Source: Bacillota bacterium (GTDB taxonomy: Bacteria; Bacillota; DTU025; MWDF01). Taken from it: a DNA stretch of 64,000 nucleotides. The stretch is taken from assembly GCA_029565935.1 (NCBI GenBank), contig JAKQNF010000002.1, forward strand, positions 67,065 through 131,064. The letters run 5' to 3'. The notes beneath the pieces were generated by a model. The model made no database searches. It was not told the origin of the DNA and saw nothing but the letters and a program-made list of their open reading frames with translations. Every line of letters starts with the position of its first letter. Positions within the stretch are counted from its first letter, which is position 1. The position numbers and the translations under genes are program-made. Below are positions 1 through 10,375 of the stretch, piece by piece.

Positions 1-1
1 G

Positions 2-775
2 GGCACGCCAGACTATCTTAACTGCCCGATGGACAAGACACAGTACGACAAGTTCTACGATGCGCTCATAGCTGCCGAGAGGGCCCCTCTTTCAAAGGGC
101 GAGGACATGAAGCTCTACGAGGCTTGCATGCCCATTGAGGAGATGGCCGACAGAGGAAGGGACACTATAAGGTTCGGGCCGCTAAAACCGGTCGGACTTG
201 AAGACCCGAGGACAGGGTCGGAGCCTTACGCCGTCGTACAGCTAAGGCGCGAGGACCTTCCCGGGAGCAGTTATAATATCGTAGGCTTCCAGACAAGGCT
301 CAAATGGCCTGAGCAGAAAAGAGTCTTCTCCATGATACCCGGGCTTGAGAATGCGGAATTCGTCAGATACGGAGTAGTGCACAGGAACACCTACCTCCAT
401 TCACCCGGTCTTCTAGGTCCGGATATGATGTTCTTATCCAGGGAAGGCCTCTTCGCGGCGGGCCAGCTTACGGGATCTGAAGGCTATGTGGAATCTACCG
501 CCACCGGCGCGCTCGCTGGCATAAACGCCGCAAGGCTGGCGTTGGGGCATGACACGCTAGTATTCCCCGAGACTACTTGCATAGGCGCGCTGGCAGCATA
601 CGTTACGCACGGCAAAGGGGACGTTTTCGATCCTATGGGCATCTGCTTCGGCCTGCTTCCTACTCCTAAAGGGCGTATGAGGTCGAAGAAGATGAAAAGG
701 CAGATGCAGATAGATGCTGCCAGGGAGGATTTCGAGGCCTTCATCAAGGAAGCGGGTGATCTGTTTGCCGGATGA
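2..775 (+). CDS. trmFO: tRNA (uracil54-C5)-methyltransferase TrmFO (Gid), C-terminal part; 5' end cut by the window edge
   Basis: The frame is open from base 2 with no upstream stop. The protein (..GTPDYLNCPMDKTQYDKFYDALIAAE..) aligns with the TrmFO C-terminal half. It sits directly upstream of xerC-hslVU as in Bacillus (gid-codV-clpQY). Confidence 0.85.
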   Translation, partial: GTPDYLNCPMDKTQYDKFYDALIAAERAPLSKGEDMKLYEACMPIEEMADRGRDTIRFGPLKPVGLEDPRTGSEPYAVVQLRREDLPGSSYNIVGFQTRLKWPEQKRVFSMIPGLENAEFVRYGVVHRNTYLHSPGLLGPDMMFLSREGLFAAGQLTGSEGYVESTATGALAGINAARLALGHDTLVFPETTCIGALAAYVTHGKGDVFDPMGICFGLLPTPKGRMRSKKMKRQMQIDAAREDFEAFIKEAGDLFAG

Positions 776-1661
776 TACCATCGAGCAGTTCCTGGACTAC
801 ATCTTGCTGGAGAGGAGACTATCACCCAGGACAGCCTCATCTTACCGGCTGGACCTGATTTCGTTCTCCCGATTTATCGAAAAGTCCACTTCCAAGGATT
901 TTAGGCCGGGGTCGGTCCAGAGCATGGAAATCAGGAAGTACTTATCGAGCCTGCAATCCAGAGGACTGGCACGCAGGACTATGTTAAGAAGGCTCGCAGC
1001 CCTCAGGAGCTATTACAAGTTCTGTATCAGAAGAGGGCTCTGCGATGAGAATCCGACAGATTCTCTTGCGCCCATGAGAAGGGACAAGAGACTTCCAAGG
1101 GCTATGGAGTTGGCCGATGTTGAAGCTTTCCTTGCGACGATCGACGGCGGCGGGCCGTTGAAGATAAGGGACAGGGCCATCTTCGAGCTTCTCTATTCCT
1201 CGGGCTTAAGGCTTTCGGAGCTCGTCGGACTGAACCTGCGCGACTATGACGGCTCCGGCTCTACCGTACGGGTCATGGGGAAAGGATCCAAAGAACGGAT
1301 CGCTCCTGTCGGCAGCATCGCCAAGTTCGCCCTTGAGCGCTATCTTCGCGACGCGAGGAGTGTTCTATCTTCGGATAAGGACCAGAAGGCTATCTTCCTT
1401 TCAAGACGAGGAGGCAGGCTCACCGGAAGGCAGGTGCAAAGGCTGATGAGAGGTTACGACATAACGGCGGGCTTGAGCGGAAGCCCGTCGCCGCATGCCC
1501 TTAGGCATTCCTTCGCAACGCACCTGCTGGATTCGGGGGCCGATTTGAGATCGGTGCAGGAGCTGCTGGGACACTCGGACATATCGTCGACACAGATATA
1601 CACTGCCGTGTCCAGGGAACGTCTTATGGAGTCCTATAAGAAGAACCACCCAAGGTCATGA
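756..1661 (+). CDS. xerC: Tyrosine site-specific recombinase XerC (CodV-like)
   Basis: It has the N-terminal core-binding motif IEQFLDYILLERRLS. It has the C-terminal catalytic motifs ..HALRHSFATHLL.., ..LLGHSDISSTQIYT.. The ORF opens at 714, overlapping the trmFO end. The most plausible start is GTG 756 or TTG 765. Synteny is trmFO-xerC-hslV-hslU. Confidence 0.85.
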   Translation: MICLPDDTIEQFLDYILLERRLSPRTASSYRLDLISFSRFIEKSTSKDFRPGSVQSMEIRKYLSSLQSRGLARRTMLRRLAALRSYYKFCIRRGLCDENPTDSLAPMRRDKRLPRAMELADVEAFLATIDGGGPLKIRDRAIFELLYSSGLRLSELVGLNLRDYDGSGSTVRVMGKGSKERIAPVGSIAKFALERYLRDARSVLSSDKDQKAIFLSRRGGRLTGRQVQRLMRGYDITAGLSGSPSPHALRHSFATHLLDSGADLRSVQELLGHSDISSTQIYTAVSRERLMESYKKNHPRS

Positions 1662-1675
1662 TTGGAGGGTGAGAT

Positions 1676-2212
1676 ATGGCCAATTTTGAAGGAACTACTG
1701 TCGTCTGCGTCATACGCGAGGGTAGGTGCGCCATGGCGTCGGATGGGCAGATAACCGTCGGCAACACCGTCATGAAACATACGGCCAAGAAGGTCAGAAG
1801 CCTCGCCGGAGGGAAGGTGCTCGCTGGTTTCGCAGGCTCCGCCGCAGATTCCGTAGCGCTTCTCGAGAAATTCGAAGCGAAGATGGACGAATTCAAGGGC
1901 AACCTGTTGAGGGCGGCGACGGAGCTGGCGAAGCAATGGCGGATGGACAAGGTCATGAGACAGCTCGAGGCCCTGCTGCTTGTGACGGACGGCAAGAGCC
2001 TGCTGCTTCTTTCGGGCAGCGGGGACATCATCGAACCGGAAGATGGCATCGCCGCCATAGGCTCAGGAGGTCCTTATGCACTTGCCGCGGCGAGGGCCCT
2101 CGCTGCCAACACATCGATGGAAGCCGAGGAGATAGCCACCAAGGCGCTTCTGATAGCGGCGGACATATGCATCTACACCAACTCTAACGTAACGGTCGAA
2201 AGGCTCGGATGA
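1676..2212 (+). CDS. hslV: ATP-dependent protease subunit HslV (ClpQ)
   Basis: It is 178 aa. The N-terminal threonine-protease region ([35 protein letters not shown]) matches ClpQ. It sits directly upstream of hslU. Confidence 0.9.
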   Translation: MANFEGTTVVCVIREGRCAMASDGQITVGNTVMKHTAKKVRSLAGGKVLAGFAGSAADSVALLEKFEAKMDEFKGNLLRAATELAKQWRMDKVMRQLEALLLVTDGKSLLLLSGSGDIIEPEDGIAAIGSGGPYALAAARALAANTSMEAEEIATKALLIAADICIYTNSNVTVERLG

Positions 2213-2216
2213 GATT

Positions 2217-3614
2217 ATGGAACACTTAACACCGAGAAAAGTAGTAGAAGAGCTGGATAAGCACATAATCGGCCAGGACGAGGCAAAGAAGGCCGTAGCC
2301 ATAGCTTTGCGTAACAGGCTAAGGCGCATGCTTACGCACGAGGACATGAAAGACGAGATCACTCCCAAGAACATACTCATGATCGGACCGACGGGCGTGG
2401 GCAAGACCGAGATAGCAAGGCGCCTCGCAGCCCTTGTGAAAGCACCTTTCGTGAAAGTAGAAGCAACGAAGTTCACCGAGGTCGGCTACGTCGGCAGGGA
2501 CGTAGATTCAATAATCAGGGAGCTGGTCGAGACATCGATAAGAATGGTAAGGGCCGAAAAAACCGAGCTCGTAAGGGCGAAGGCGGAAAAGCACGCAGAA
2601 GAGCGCCTTATCGATATACTCGCACCCCTTCCAAGGAAAGAAAGGTCCCAGGCCAACCCGCTAGCCGCCCTTTTCGGAATGCAGCAGAAGCAAGAGCTTG
2701 CAAACCCTGAGGATCAGGAGGAAGCGAAGCGAAAGGCCGAGGGTAAAAGAGAGCAGATCGTCAGCCTGCTTGCCGAAGGGCAGCTGGAAGACCAGGTCAT
2801 AGAGCTCGATGTCCAGGACAACCGCCAAAGGCCGATAGGCCTCATGGGCGCCGGCGAACCTGGTGAGATGATGGTGGACATGTCGAGCATATTGGGCGAT
2901 ATGTTGGGCAAGAAGACCGTAAGGAAGAAGATGAGCGTCAAAGAGGCCAGGCGCTATCTCATCGAGGAGGAGGCCGACAAGCTGGTCGACGCCTACGAAA
3001 TAGAGACGGAGGCCATCAGGAACGCCGAGGAGAACGGAATAGTCTTCATCGACGAGTTCGACAAGATAGCCGGCAGGAACGGCACCATGGGGCCCGACGT
3101 ATCCCGGGAGGGCGTGCAGAGGGACATACTTCCGATAGTAGAAGGGTCTACGGTACAGACGAAATACGGTCCCGTGAGGACGAAGCACATGCTCTTCATA
3201 GCCGCAGGGGCGTTCCACGTATCGAAGCCGTCCGACCTAATACCAGAGCTTCAGGGGAGATTCCCGATAAGGGTGGAGCTCCAGACGCTTTCGGAAGAGG
3301 AGTTCCGCAGGATACTGACAGAACCGAAGGGCTCTCTCGTTAAGCAGTACAAGGCCTTACTTGAAGCGGACGGCGTGGACCTTGTGATCGATGAGGGTGC
3401 TATAGAGGAGATCGCAGCGACGGCTTATAAGATCAACTCGCTAGGGGAGAACATAGGCGCCAGGAGGCTGCACACCGTGATGGAGAAACTCCTGGAGGAC
3501 ATATCCTTCGAAGCTCCCGAGAAGGCAGGTAAGGTAGTAATAGACAGGGAATTCGTAAGGAGGGCGTTCGAAAAGATCAACATGGATGCCCAGAGGGTGA
3601 CGATGATCCTGTAG
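2217..3614 (+). CDS. hslU: ATP-dependent protease ATPase subunit HslU (ClpY)
   Basis: It is 465 aa. It has the Walker A motif [16 protein letters not shown]. It has AAA+ sensor motifs. It has the typical HslU I-domain insertion. Confidence 0.92.
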   Translation: MEHLTPRKVVEELDKHIIGQDEAKKAVAIALRNRLRRMLTHEDMKDEITPKNILMIGPTGVGKTEIARRLAALVKAPFVKVEATKFTEVGYVGRDVDSIIRELVETSIRMVRAEKTELVRAKAEKHAEERLIDILAPLPRKERSQANPLAALFGMQQKQELANPEDQEEAKRKAEGKREQIVSLLAEGQLEDQVIELDVQDNRQRPIGLMGAGEPGEMMVDMSSILGDMLGKKTVRKKMSVKEARRYLIEEEADKLVDAYEIETEAIRNAEENGIVFIDEFDKIAGRNGTMGPDVSREGVQRDILPIVEGSTVQTKYGPVRTKHMLFIAAGAFHVSKPSDLIPELQGRFPIRVELQTLSEEEFRRILTEPKGSLVKQYKALLEADGVDLVIDEGAIEEIAATAYKINSLGENIGARRLHTVMEKLLEDISFEAPEKAGKVVIDREFVRRAFEKINMDAQRVTMIL

Positions 3615-3646
3615 AACCTCCAGGCCATGTGCACTTGCCTGCATGG

Positions 3647-3675
3647 GTTGATTCGCGGAGTAATATTTGGTAGAA
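3647..3675 (+). promoter_or_regulatory. Putative sigma-A promoter of rpsB-tsf (TTGATT - 17 nt - TGgTAGAAT, extended -10)
   Basis: Hexamers were read directly. TTGATT at 3647-3652. TAGAAT at 3670-3675 with TG at -15/-14. A 117-nt leader follows before the rpsB RBS. Confidence 0.4.
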
Positions 3676-3792
3676 TACTAAATTGCGATTACACACGCAT
3701 GACGGACTTCCAGGATCGGTGGCGCGAAAGCGAGCATCCTGGGGGAATGAAGTGTGCGGAGGTTAAACCGAAGCGGGAGGGAGGTGAATACG

Positions 3793-4581
3793 ATGCCGGT
3801 GATAAGCATGAAATTGCTTCTCGAAGCGGGCGTGCATTTTGGGCACCAGACGAGGCGCTGGAATCCCAAAATGGCCAAGTACATCTACACTTCCCGCAAC
3901 GGAATCTATATCATAGACCTGCAGAAGACGGTCAGGAAGATCGACGAGGCGTACAACTTCGTAAAGGGCAAGGCCGCCGAGGGCGGAACGATGCTGTTCG
4001 TAGGGACCAAGAAGCAGGCCCATGACACGATTTCCGAAGAGGCTCAGCGCTGCGGCATGTATTGGGTCAACGAGAGATGGTTGGGAGGCATGCTCACCAA
4101 CTTCGCGACGATTCGCAAGCGCGTTGACAGGATGAAGCAGCTCGAGAGGATGGAACAGGACGGTTCCTTCGAACTTCTCCCTAAGAAGGAAGTAATGCTC
4201 CTTAAGGGAGAATATGAGAAGTTGGTGAAGAACCTCGCTGGGATCAGGGATATGGAGAAGCTCCCCGACATGATGTTCATAGTCGATCCAAAGAAGGAGC
4301 ACATAGCGATCCTTGAGGCAAAAAGGCTGGCGATACCCGTGGTGGGGATCGTCGACACGAACTGCGATCCGGACGAGGTGGATTACATCATACCCAGCAA
4401 CGACGACGCCATTAGGGCCGTAAAGCTACTTACGTCCAAAATGGCCGACGCGATCATAGAGGCACGCGAGGGCGTTGACGCCCCCGTGGCCAAGAACGAG
4501 GTAGCAGCGGACGACTCCGAGGAGGAAGAAAAGATCGCACCCGAATCCGAGGCGCAGAACGCTGACGACCTCAACAACTAG
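3793..4581 (+). CDS. rpsB: 30S ribosomal protein S2
   Basis: [27 protein letters not shown].. is a canonical S2 N-terminus. The RBS GGGAGGGAGGTG lies 6 nt upstream. It has an acidic C-terminal tail. The ORF-track start at 3754 is too early. Confidence 0.92.
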   Translation: MPVISMKLLLEAGVHFGHQTRRWNPKMAKYIYTSRNGIYIIDLQKTVRKIDEAYNFVKGKAAEGGTMLFVGTKKQAHDTISEEAQRCGMYWVNERWLGGMLTNFATIRKRVDRMKQLERMEQDGSFELLPKKEVMLLKGEYEKLVKNLAGIRDMEKLPDMMFIVDPKKEHIAILEAKRLAIPVVGIVDTNCDPDEVDYIIPSNDDAIRAVKLLTSKMADAIIEAREGVDAPVAKNEVAADDSEEEEKIAPESEAQNADDLNN

Positions 4582-4602
4582 ACTATTAAGGAGGAGCTCC
4601 AT

Positions 4603-5220
4603 ATGCCAGAAATCAAAGCAGCCGAAGTGCAGAAACTGCGGGAGTTGTCCCAGGCAGGCATGATGGACTGCAAGCGCGCTCTTATAGAGTGCGAAGGCAA
4701 CATGGAGAAGGCCGTCCAGTTCCTAAGGGAGAAGGGCCTTGCCAGAGCCGAGAAGCGCAGCGGCAGGGCGACATCCGAGGGTATGGTAGATTCTTACATC
4801 CACATGGGCGGAAGGATCGGAGTACTGGTGGAAGTCAACTGCGAGACAGACTTCGTTGCCAAAAACGAGCAGTTCAAAACGCTTGTAAAGGAAATAGCCA
4901 TGCAGATCGCGGCTCAGAAGCCTCTGTATGTGAAGCGCGAGGACATCCCGTCTTCGATCATAGAGGCCGAGAAGGAGATCTACAGGCACCAGGCGGCAAA
5001 CGAGGGCAAGAAGCCCGAGTTCGCCGAGAAGATAGCCGAAGGAAGGCTGGAAAAGTTCTTCAAGGAGACCTGCCTGGTGGACCAGGCGTACATAAGGGAC
5101 CAGGCGAAGTCGGTATCGGACCTAGTGAAAGAGACCGCTTCGGTACTTGGTGAGAACATCCAGATAAGGCGCTTCGCGCGTTTCGAGCGCGGCGAGGAAG
5201 AGCCGGAAAAAGCTGAGTAA
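4603..5220 (+). CDS. tsf: Elongation factor Ts (short, about 205-aa form)
   Basis: The N-terminus AAEVQKLRELSQAGMMDCKRALIECEGNMEKAVQFLREKG is the EF-Ts UBA-like region. It follows rpsB as in the conserved operon. Confidence 0.88.
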   Translation: MPEIKAAEVQKLRELSQAGMMDCKRALIECEGNMEKAVQFLREKGLARAEKRSGRATSEGMVDSYIHMGGRIGVLVEVNCETDFVAKNEQFKTLVKEIAMQIAAQKPLYVKREDIPSSIIEAEKEIYRHQAANEGKKPEFAEKIAEGRLEKFFKETCLVDQAYIRDQAKSVSDLVKETASVLGENIQIRRFARFERGEEEPEKAE

Positions 5221-5234
5221 GCCGCTGTGGCTGA

Positions 5235-5268
5235 CGGGGCCCGCCGTTGAGGTAGGCCCCGTTTTTTT
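5235..5268 (+). terminator. Rho-independent terminator after tsf
   Basis: The stem CGGGGCC...GGCCCCG is followed by TTTTTTT. Confidence 0.5.
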
Positions 5269-5334
5269 GCAAATCCGCTGCAGAAAGTGGAATTTACCTT
5301 GCTTGGAGGATAGAATATGAAAGGAGGTGTTGTC

Positions 5335-6051
5335 ATGCCTGAACTGAAATACAAGAGGGTTCTGCTTAAACTCTCCGGCGAGGCAATGGCCGGCCCTAAC
5401 GGGTCCGGTGTACACCTTGAGACCGTAAATCAAATATGCTCCCAGATCAAAGAGGTATATGAGCTGGGCGTGCAGCTCGGCATAGTCGTCGGGGGAGGCA
5501 ATTTCTGGAGGGGCAGGACCGCGTCCCAGATGGGGATGGACAGGGGCACCGCCGATTATATCGGTATGATGGCCACCGTAATGAATTCGATCATACTGCA
5601 GGAAAGCCTTGAGAAGATGGGCGTCGTCACGAGGGTCCTGACCGCATTGGAGATAAAGGAAGTGGCAGAGCCCTATATACGTAGGAGGGCACTGAGACAC
5701 CTCGAGAAGGGCAGGGTGGTGATCTTCGGCGGTGGCACAGGCAATCCGTTCTTCTCGACGGATACGGCCGCGGCGCTTAGAGCCGCGGAGATGGGCTGCG
5801 AGGCCATCCTGAAGGCCACGAAAGTGAACGGCGTGTACGACAAGGACCCGATGCAAGACCGCGACGCGGTCAAGTTCGAAAAACTTACATACCTTGACGT
5901 CATTCAGAAGGGCCTTAAGGTGATGGACAGCACAGCCGCCACGATGAGCATGGACAACGACATTCCGATAATAGTATTCGACTTAGGCGAACAGGGCGTG
6001 ATAAAAAGAGCGGTCCTGGGAGAGCGGGTCGGTACGATAGTAGGGAGGTAG
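5335..6051 (+). CDS. pyrH: UMP kinase
   Basis: [20 protein letters not shown].. and GGGNFWRG motifs are present. The RBS AAAGGAGGTG lies immediately upstream, so the ORF-track start at 5317 lies inside the RBS. Confidence 0.9.
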   Translation: MPELKYKRVLLKLSGEAMAGPNGSGVHLETVNQICSQIKEVYELGVQLGIVVGGGNFWRGRTASQMGMDRGTADYIGMMATVMNSIILQESLEKMGVVTRVLTALEIKEVAEPYIRRRALRHLEKGRVVIFGGGTGNPFFSTDTAAALRAAEMGCEAILKATKVNGVYDKDPMQDRDAVKFEKLTYLDVIQKGLKVMDSTAATMSMDNDIPIIVFDLGEQGVIKRAVLGERVGTIVGR

Positions 6052-6055
6052 CTCT

Positions 6056-6616
6056 ATGGCTTACAAGGAAGTTATAAGCAAGTTCGAGGAGAAAATGGGA
6101 GTGGTCCTTGAGGTACAGAAGAAGGAATTCGCCGCGGTCAGGACGGGAAGGGCAAACCCTTCTTTGCTGGACAGGATCCAGGTCGACTACTACGGCACTA
6201 TGACGCCGCTTACTCAGATGGCTACCGTTAGCACTCCGGATCCGAGGACGCTCATGGTCACACCATGGGACAAGACGATGCTGGCGAAGATTGAAAAGGC
6301 GATACTGGCATCTGATCTGGGCCTTACCCCGACCAACGACGGGACGGTAGTCAGGATGTCTTTGCCCCACTTGACCGAAGAAAGGCGAAAGGACCTGGTC
6401 AAGCTGGTAAAGAAAATCGCCGAGGATATGAGGATAGCCATCAGGAATGTAAGGCGAGACGCAGTCGAAGCCGTAAAGAAGCAGGAGAAAGACGGGGAGA
6501 TCACGGAGGACGATCTCAAGAGGGCGCAGGATGAGATCCAGAAGGCGACAGACAAGCACATCGCCGAAGTAGACAAGATCCTCAACGCAAAGGAAACGGA
6601 GATAATGCAGGTCTGA
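6056..6616 (+). CDS. frr: Ribosome recycling factor
   Basis: It is 186 aa and has the RRF signature (..[35 protein letters not shown]..). The pyrH-frr-uppS-cdsA order matches Bacillus. Confidence 0.9.
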   Translation: MAYKEVISKFEEKMGVVLEVQKKEFAAVRTGRANPSLLDRIQVDYYGTMTPLTQMATVSTPDPRTLMVTPWDKTMLAKIEKAILASDLGLTPTNDGTVVRMSLPHLTEERRKDLVKLVKKIAEDMRIAIRNVRRDAVEAVKKQEKDGEITEDDLKRAQDEIQKATDKHIAEVDKILNAKETEIMQV

Positions 6617-7344
6617 TGGCATGGACACGTACGCATGCCGGTGTTCTTATCCCCGCTCACTTGGCAATAATAATGGACGGCAACGGCAGGTGGGCCGCAG
6701 CCAGAGGACTTGAGCGCAAGGAGGGCCACAAGGCAGGCGCATCCAACATCATGAGGATATGCGAGGCATGCCAGGAACGGGGCATCGCCACGCTTTCATT
6801 ATTCGCGTTCTCTACGGAGAATTGGGCAAGGCCCAAGTCGGAGATAGATGCCCTATTTGATATAGCATCCGACTACTTCTCGAACAGCTTCCTTAAATTC
6901 CCTTCCATGGGGATACGCCTGAACGTCATAGGATCCCGGAAGGAGCTTCCGGGACCACTGAAAATCATGATAGCAAAGGCAGAGAAGGCAAATCCTAAAT
7001 CATATTCGCTGACACTGAACATGGCGGTGAACTACGGCGGTAAGTGGGATATCACGCAGTCAGCGAAGAAGATGGCGGAAAGATGCCTTGTGGGGGGCAT
7101 GCTACCTTCGGAGATCAACGAGCAGGCACTGGAGCAGGGCCTTAGTACGTCTGGGCAGCCACTTGTGGACCTGCTGATCAGAACAAGCGGAGAACAGCGC
7201 ATATCAAACTTCCTGATCTGGCAGTGCGCATACTCGGAGCTCTACTTCACGGCCAAGCATTGGCCGGAGTTTGATGAGGCCGAACTGGATGCTGCATTGG
7301 AGGAATACTCTAGAAGGACCAGGAAGTTCGGTGGCCTTGCATGA
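6616..7344 (+). CDS. uppS: Undecaprenyl-diphosphate synthase (cis-prenyltransferase)
   Basis: HLAIIMDGNGRWAAARGL and the C-terminal RxG motifs are present. Its start overlaps the frr stop (ATGA). Confidence 0.88.
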   Translation: MAWTRTHAGVLIPAHLAIIMDGNGRWAAARGLERKEGHKAGASNIMRICEACQERGIATLSLFAFSTENWARPKSEIDALFDIASDYFSNSFLKFPSMGIRLNVIGSRKELPGPLKIMIAKAEKANPKSYSLTLNMAVNYGGKWDITQSAKKMAERCLVGGMLPSEINEQALEQGLSTSGQPLVDLLIRTSGEQRISNFLIWQCAYSELYFTAKHWPEFDEAELDAALEEYSRRTRKFGGLA

Positions 7345-7354
7345 GGTGTAACTG

Positions 7355-8176
7355 ATGCTTGACAGGATTAAATCGGCCCTTTTGGCGATTCCGCCGGTAC
7401 TGCTGCTACTTTGGTTGGGTGGGCCATACTTGCTGGTACTAATTACGTTCGTTGTCGTGATGGCCAACGTAGAGTACGGAAGGCTTGCCTCAGCGAAGGG
7501 GATCTTGCACAACACTTGGCTTAGTACTGCCATAAGCATCCTCTACCTGGTTGATGCGGCAATTTTCAATGGAACGTACGCTTTGCCCATAACCGGCATC
7601 GCGCTAATCGTGGCGGTATCGTTGCCCGTACTTAATGGGGATCCTTCAGGTGCACTGCAGAGGACGTCGGGGATGCTTTTCGCTCCTTTGTACTTTGGCT
7701 GGACCCTCAGCCATGCCATACTCCTGCGGGCTACGGACGGCGGCATAAAAGGATTCGTACTTACACTGGCCGTTCTGGGCATAGTGTGGATACACGATAC
7801 GATGGCGCTGCTTGCCGGAATCGCCTCCGGAGGCAGGACGAAGCTTGCACCTAAGATATCTCCCAAGAAGAGCTTGGAAGGGAGCATAGGCGGCGCGCTG
7901 TCCATGGTCGCAGTGATGTACCTTGTCTACCCTCTTCTCTCGTCAAGGGGTTACCTGCCTGAGATAGGCGAATGGCAGAAGGCGGCGTTCGTCCTGTTCG
8001 AGATCATCTGCTGCAATTACGGAGACCTTGCAGAATCAGCGTTAAAAAGGGACGGCGGGGTAAAGGACAGCGGAAGGTTCCTTCCGGGCCATGGCGGTTT
8101 CATGGATAGGATAGATTCGCTATTGCTGTTCGTACCTGCTGCGTACTGGCTTTTTAAGATATTCCTCGGCTGGTAG
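7355..8176 (+). CDS. cdsA: Phosphatidate cytidylyltransferase
   Basis: It is a polytopic membrane protein. The C-terminal CTP-transferase signature (..[31 protein letters not shown]..) is present. Confidence 0.8.
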   Translation: [273 protein letters not shown]

Positions 8177-8210
8177 TGTAGGAATTTTCATATGACCGAG
8201 AGGTAAAGGT

Positions 8211-9380
8211 TTGAAGATTTCCGTATTCGGGAGCACGGGCTCGATAGGTATGCAGACACTTGACGTGGCAAGGCACCTCGGAATTGAGGTGCCGGTCCTC
8301 GCGTCCGGGAGAAACGTCGCCAGAATGGCCGGACAAGTGGCGGAATTCAAGCCCAGATTAGCCGCTATGCAGGACGAAGAGGCATCGTTCAGGCTAAGGG
8401 CCATAGTCAGATCCGAAGGTCTGCCCACACAAGTGCTGGATACTAAAAACGCCATGTCCGAGCTTGCGTCATATGCTGAAGTCGACAAGGTGCTCAACGC
8501 AGTGGTCGGCTTCGCCGGGCTCAATGTGTCCATATCCGCGCTTAAAGCCGGCAAAGCCCTTGCTCTGGCCAACAAGGAGAGCTTAGTGGCAGCAGGCCCT
8601 CTCATGATGGAGGCCGCAAGGACGCCCGGCGCTTCGATATTGCCAGTCGACAGCGAACATTCGGCGATCTGGCAGTGCATGTGGTCATCAAGAGGCGCAG
8701 AGGTTGAAGAGATAATGCTGACCGCCTCAGGAGGCCCGTTCAGGGGGCGCAAGGACCTTTCAGGCATAAGGCCCGAGCATGCGCTGAAGCATCCGACCTG
8801 GAACATGGGCAGGAAGATAACTATAGATTCGGCCACCCTGATCAACAAGTCGCTCGAAGTAATAGAGGCAAGATGGCTCTTTGACGTCGGTGAGGACAGG
8901 ATCAAGGTGGTGGTGCATCCGCAGAGCATAGTGCACTCGGCCGTGATGTTCAGCGACGGGTCGGTTATCGCCCAGATGGGTTCGCCGGACATGAGGCTTC
9001 CTATAATGGCAGCCCTATGTTATCCCGAAAGATCTTCCGTGCATGCTCCCGGCCTGGGAGTGTTTAATCTAGCGAATCTCGGGTTGCTCACCTTCGAAGA
9101 GCCTGACGAGAGGACCTTCCCGGGCGTGACCCTCGGCCATAGGGCCTTAAGGCAAGGGGGCATGGCTCCTGCAGCGATGTCGGCGGCCAACGAGGAGGCC
9201 GTATCGCAGTTCCTTGCCGGAATAATACCGTTTACCATGATAGCAGGACTTTGCGAAGAGGCCATGGAGGCATCTTCCAGGTCGGGTCCTTCCAGCGTAG
9301 GCGAAGTCCTCGAAGCCGACCGGAAGGCTAGATCCTATGTCGAAAGCAGGTGCAGAGCTTGGCATTCCTGTCATTCATAA
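8211..9380 (+). CDS. dxr: 1-deoxy-D-xylulose-5-phosphate reductoisomerase
   Basis: The N-terminal NADPH motif is KISVFGSTGSIGMQTLDV. The DXR core motifs are ..LANKESLV.., ..PVDSEHSAIWQC.. It has a TTG start. Confidence 0.88.
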   Translation: MKISVFGSTGSIGMQTLDVARHLGIEVPVLASGRNVARMAGQVAEFKPRLAAMQDEEASFRLRAIVRSEGLPTQVLDTKNAMSELASYAEVDKVLNAVVGFAGLNVSISALKAGKALALANKESLVAAGPLMMEAARTPGASILPVDSEHSAIWQCMWSSRGAEVEEIMLTASGGPFRGRKDLSGIRPEHALKHPTWNMGRKITIDSATLINKSLEVIEARWLFDVGEDRIKVVVHPQSIVHSAVMFSDGSVIAQMGSPDMRLPIMAALCYPERSSVHAPGLGVFNLANLGLLTFEEPDERTFPGVTLGHRALRQGGMAPAAMSAANEEAVSQFLAGIIPFTMIAGLCEEAMEASSRSGPSSVGEVLEADRKARSYVESRCRAWHSCHS

Positions 9381-10375
9381 TTGTCTTCGGCATCGTAAGC
9401 ATAGTACATGAGCTAGGACATTTCCTCACGGCGAAGGCCTTCGGGTTCCGCGTTCTTGAGTTCGCAATCGGTTTCGGCCCTACGCTCTGGAAGAAGAGGA
9501 GAGGGGACACGGAGTATTGCCTAAGGGCCCTGCCTTTAGGAGGCCTCAACAGGTTCGACGACGGAGAGGACGGAAGGCCCCGTGATAGTAGGAGTTTCGG
9601 AATGAGGCCGTTCTATCAGAGGTTCTTGGTGATCCTCTCGGGATCCGTTATGAACGTGATACTGGCCATCGTTCTGGTGGCTTCCTTGTTCGCCGTGGCC
9701 GGCACCCCGGTCACCATGATAGACGAGACAATCCCCGGATCGCCCGCCGAAGCGGCCGGCTTGATGAAGGGTGACATAATATTGAAGATAAACGGGCAGC
9801 CAATGCTGACATCGGAGTCGATAGTCTCCATGTTGTCCGGATCATCCGATATACCGGTTGACATAACCGTGGAACGCAGCGGCGAAAACGTATCAGTGAT
9901 TGCAGTCCCTGCGAAGGACCCTGCGGACGGTCGGGGCAAGATAGGGATCTACATGTTGGGGACGCTGAAGAAGACGGGCCCCGTCGAAGCTGTCGCGAAC
10001 GGCGTCAGGTTCCTTACGGAGATCGTGAAGCTGACCGTGGTCGCGATAGGGAAGCTTTTCCTTGGAAGCGACCTCAGCCAGGTATCCGGCCCCGTTGGCA
10101 TAGCCGTTGCCTCGGCAGAGGCTGCAAAGAGCGGGATGCCGTCATTCCTGTTGCTGATAGCGCTCGTATCGATAAGCCTTGGAGTGTTCAACATGATACC
10201 GCTTCCGATACTGGACGGCGGCTGGCTCTTGTTCATGAGCATCGAGAGGGTGACAGGCAAGAAGATACCGGACGGCGTGATGAACGCCCTTAAGCTCGCG
10301 GGGATCGCCTTCCTCATAATACTAGCGATATATGCGACTTACAGCGATATCACGAAGCTCTTGCTCGGAAGGTGA
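9350..10375 (+). CDS. rseP: RIP metalloprotease RseP (site-2 protease, PDZ-containing)
   Basis: The HELGH zinc motif lies in TM1. A PDZ domain is present. The C-terminal LDGG motif is present. Its position after dxr matches Bacillus (yluC). Confidence 0.85.
   Translation: MQSLAFLSFIIVFGIVSIVHELGHFLTAKAFGFRVLEFAIGFGPTLWKKRRGDTEYCLRALPLGGLNRFDDGEDGRPRDSRSFGMRPFYQRFLVILSGSVMNVILAIVLVASLFAVAGTPVTMIDETIPGSPAEAAGLMKGDIILKINGQPMLTSESIVSMLSGSSDIPVDITVERSGENVSVIAVPAKDPADGRGKIGIYMLGTLKKTGPVEAVANGVRFLTEIVKLTVVAIGKLFLGSDLSQVSGPVGIAVASAEAAKSGMPSFLLLIALVSISLGVFNMIPLPILDGGWLLFMSIERVTGKKIPDGVMNALKLAGIAFLIILAIYATYSDITKLLLGR

Noticed and set aside
4603-5220. EF-Ts only 205 aa, against 293 aa in B. subtilis: possible truncation
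   Set aside because: The ORF is intact with a proper stop and terminator. Short single-core EF-Ts forms exist in several lineages. There is no evidence of a frameshift.
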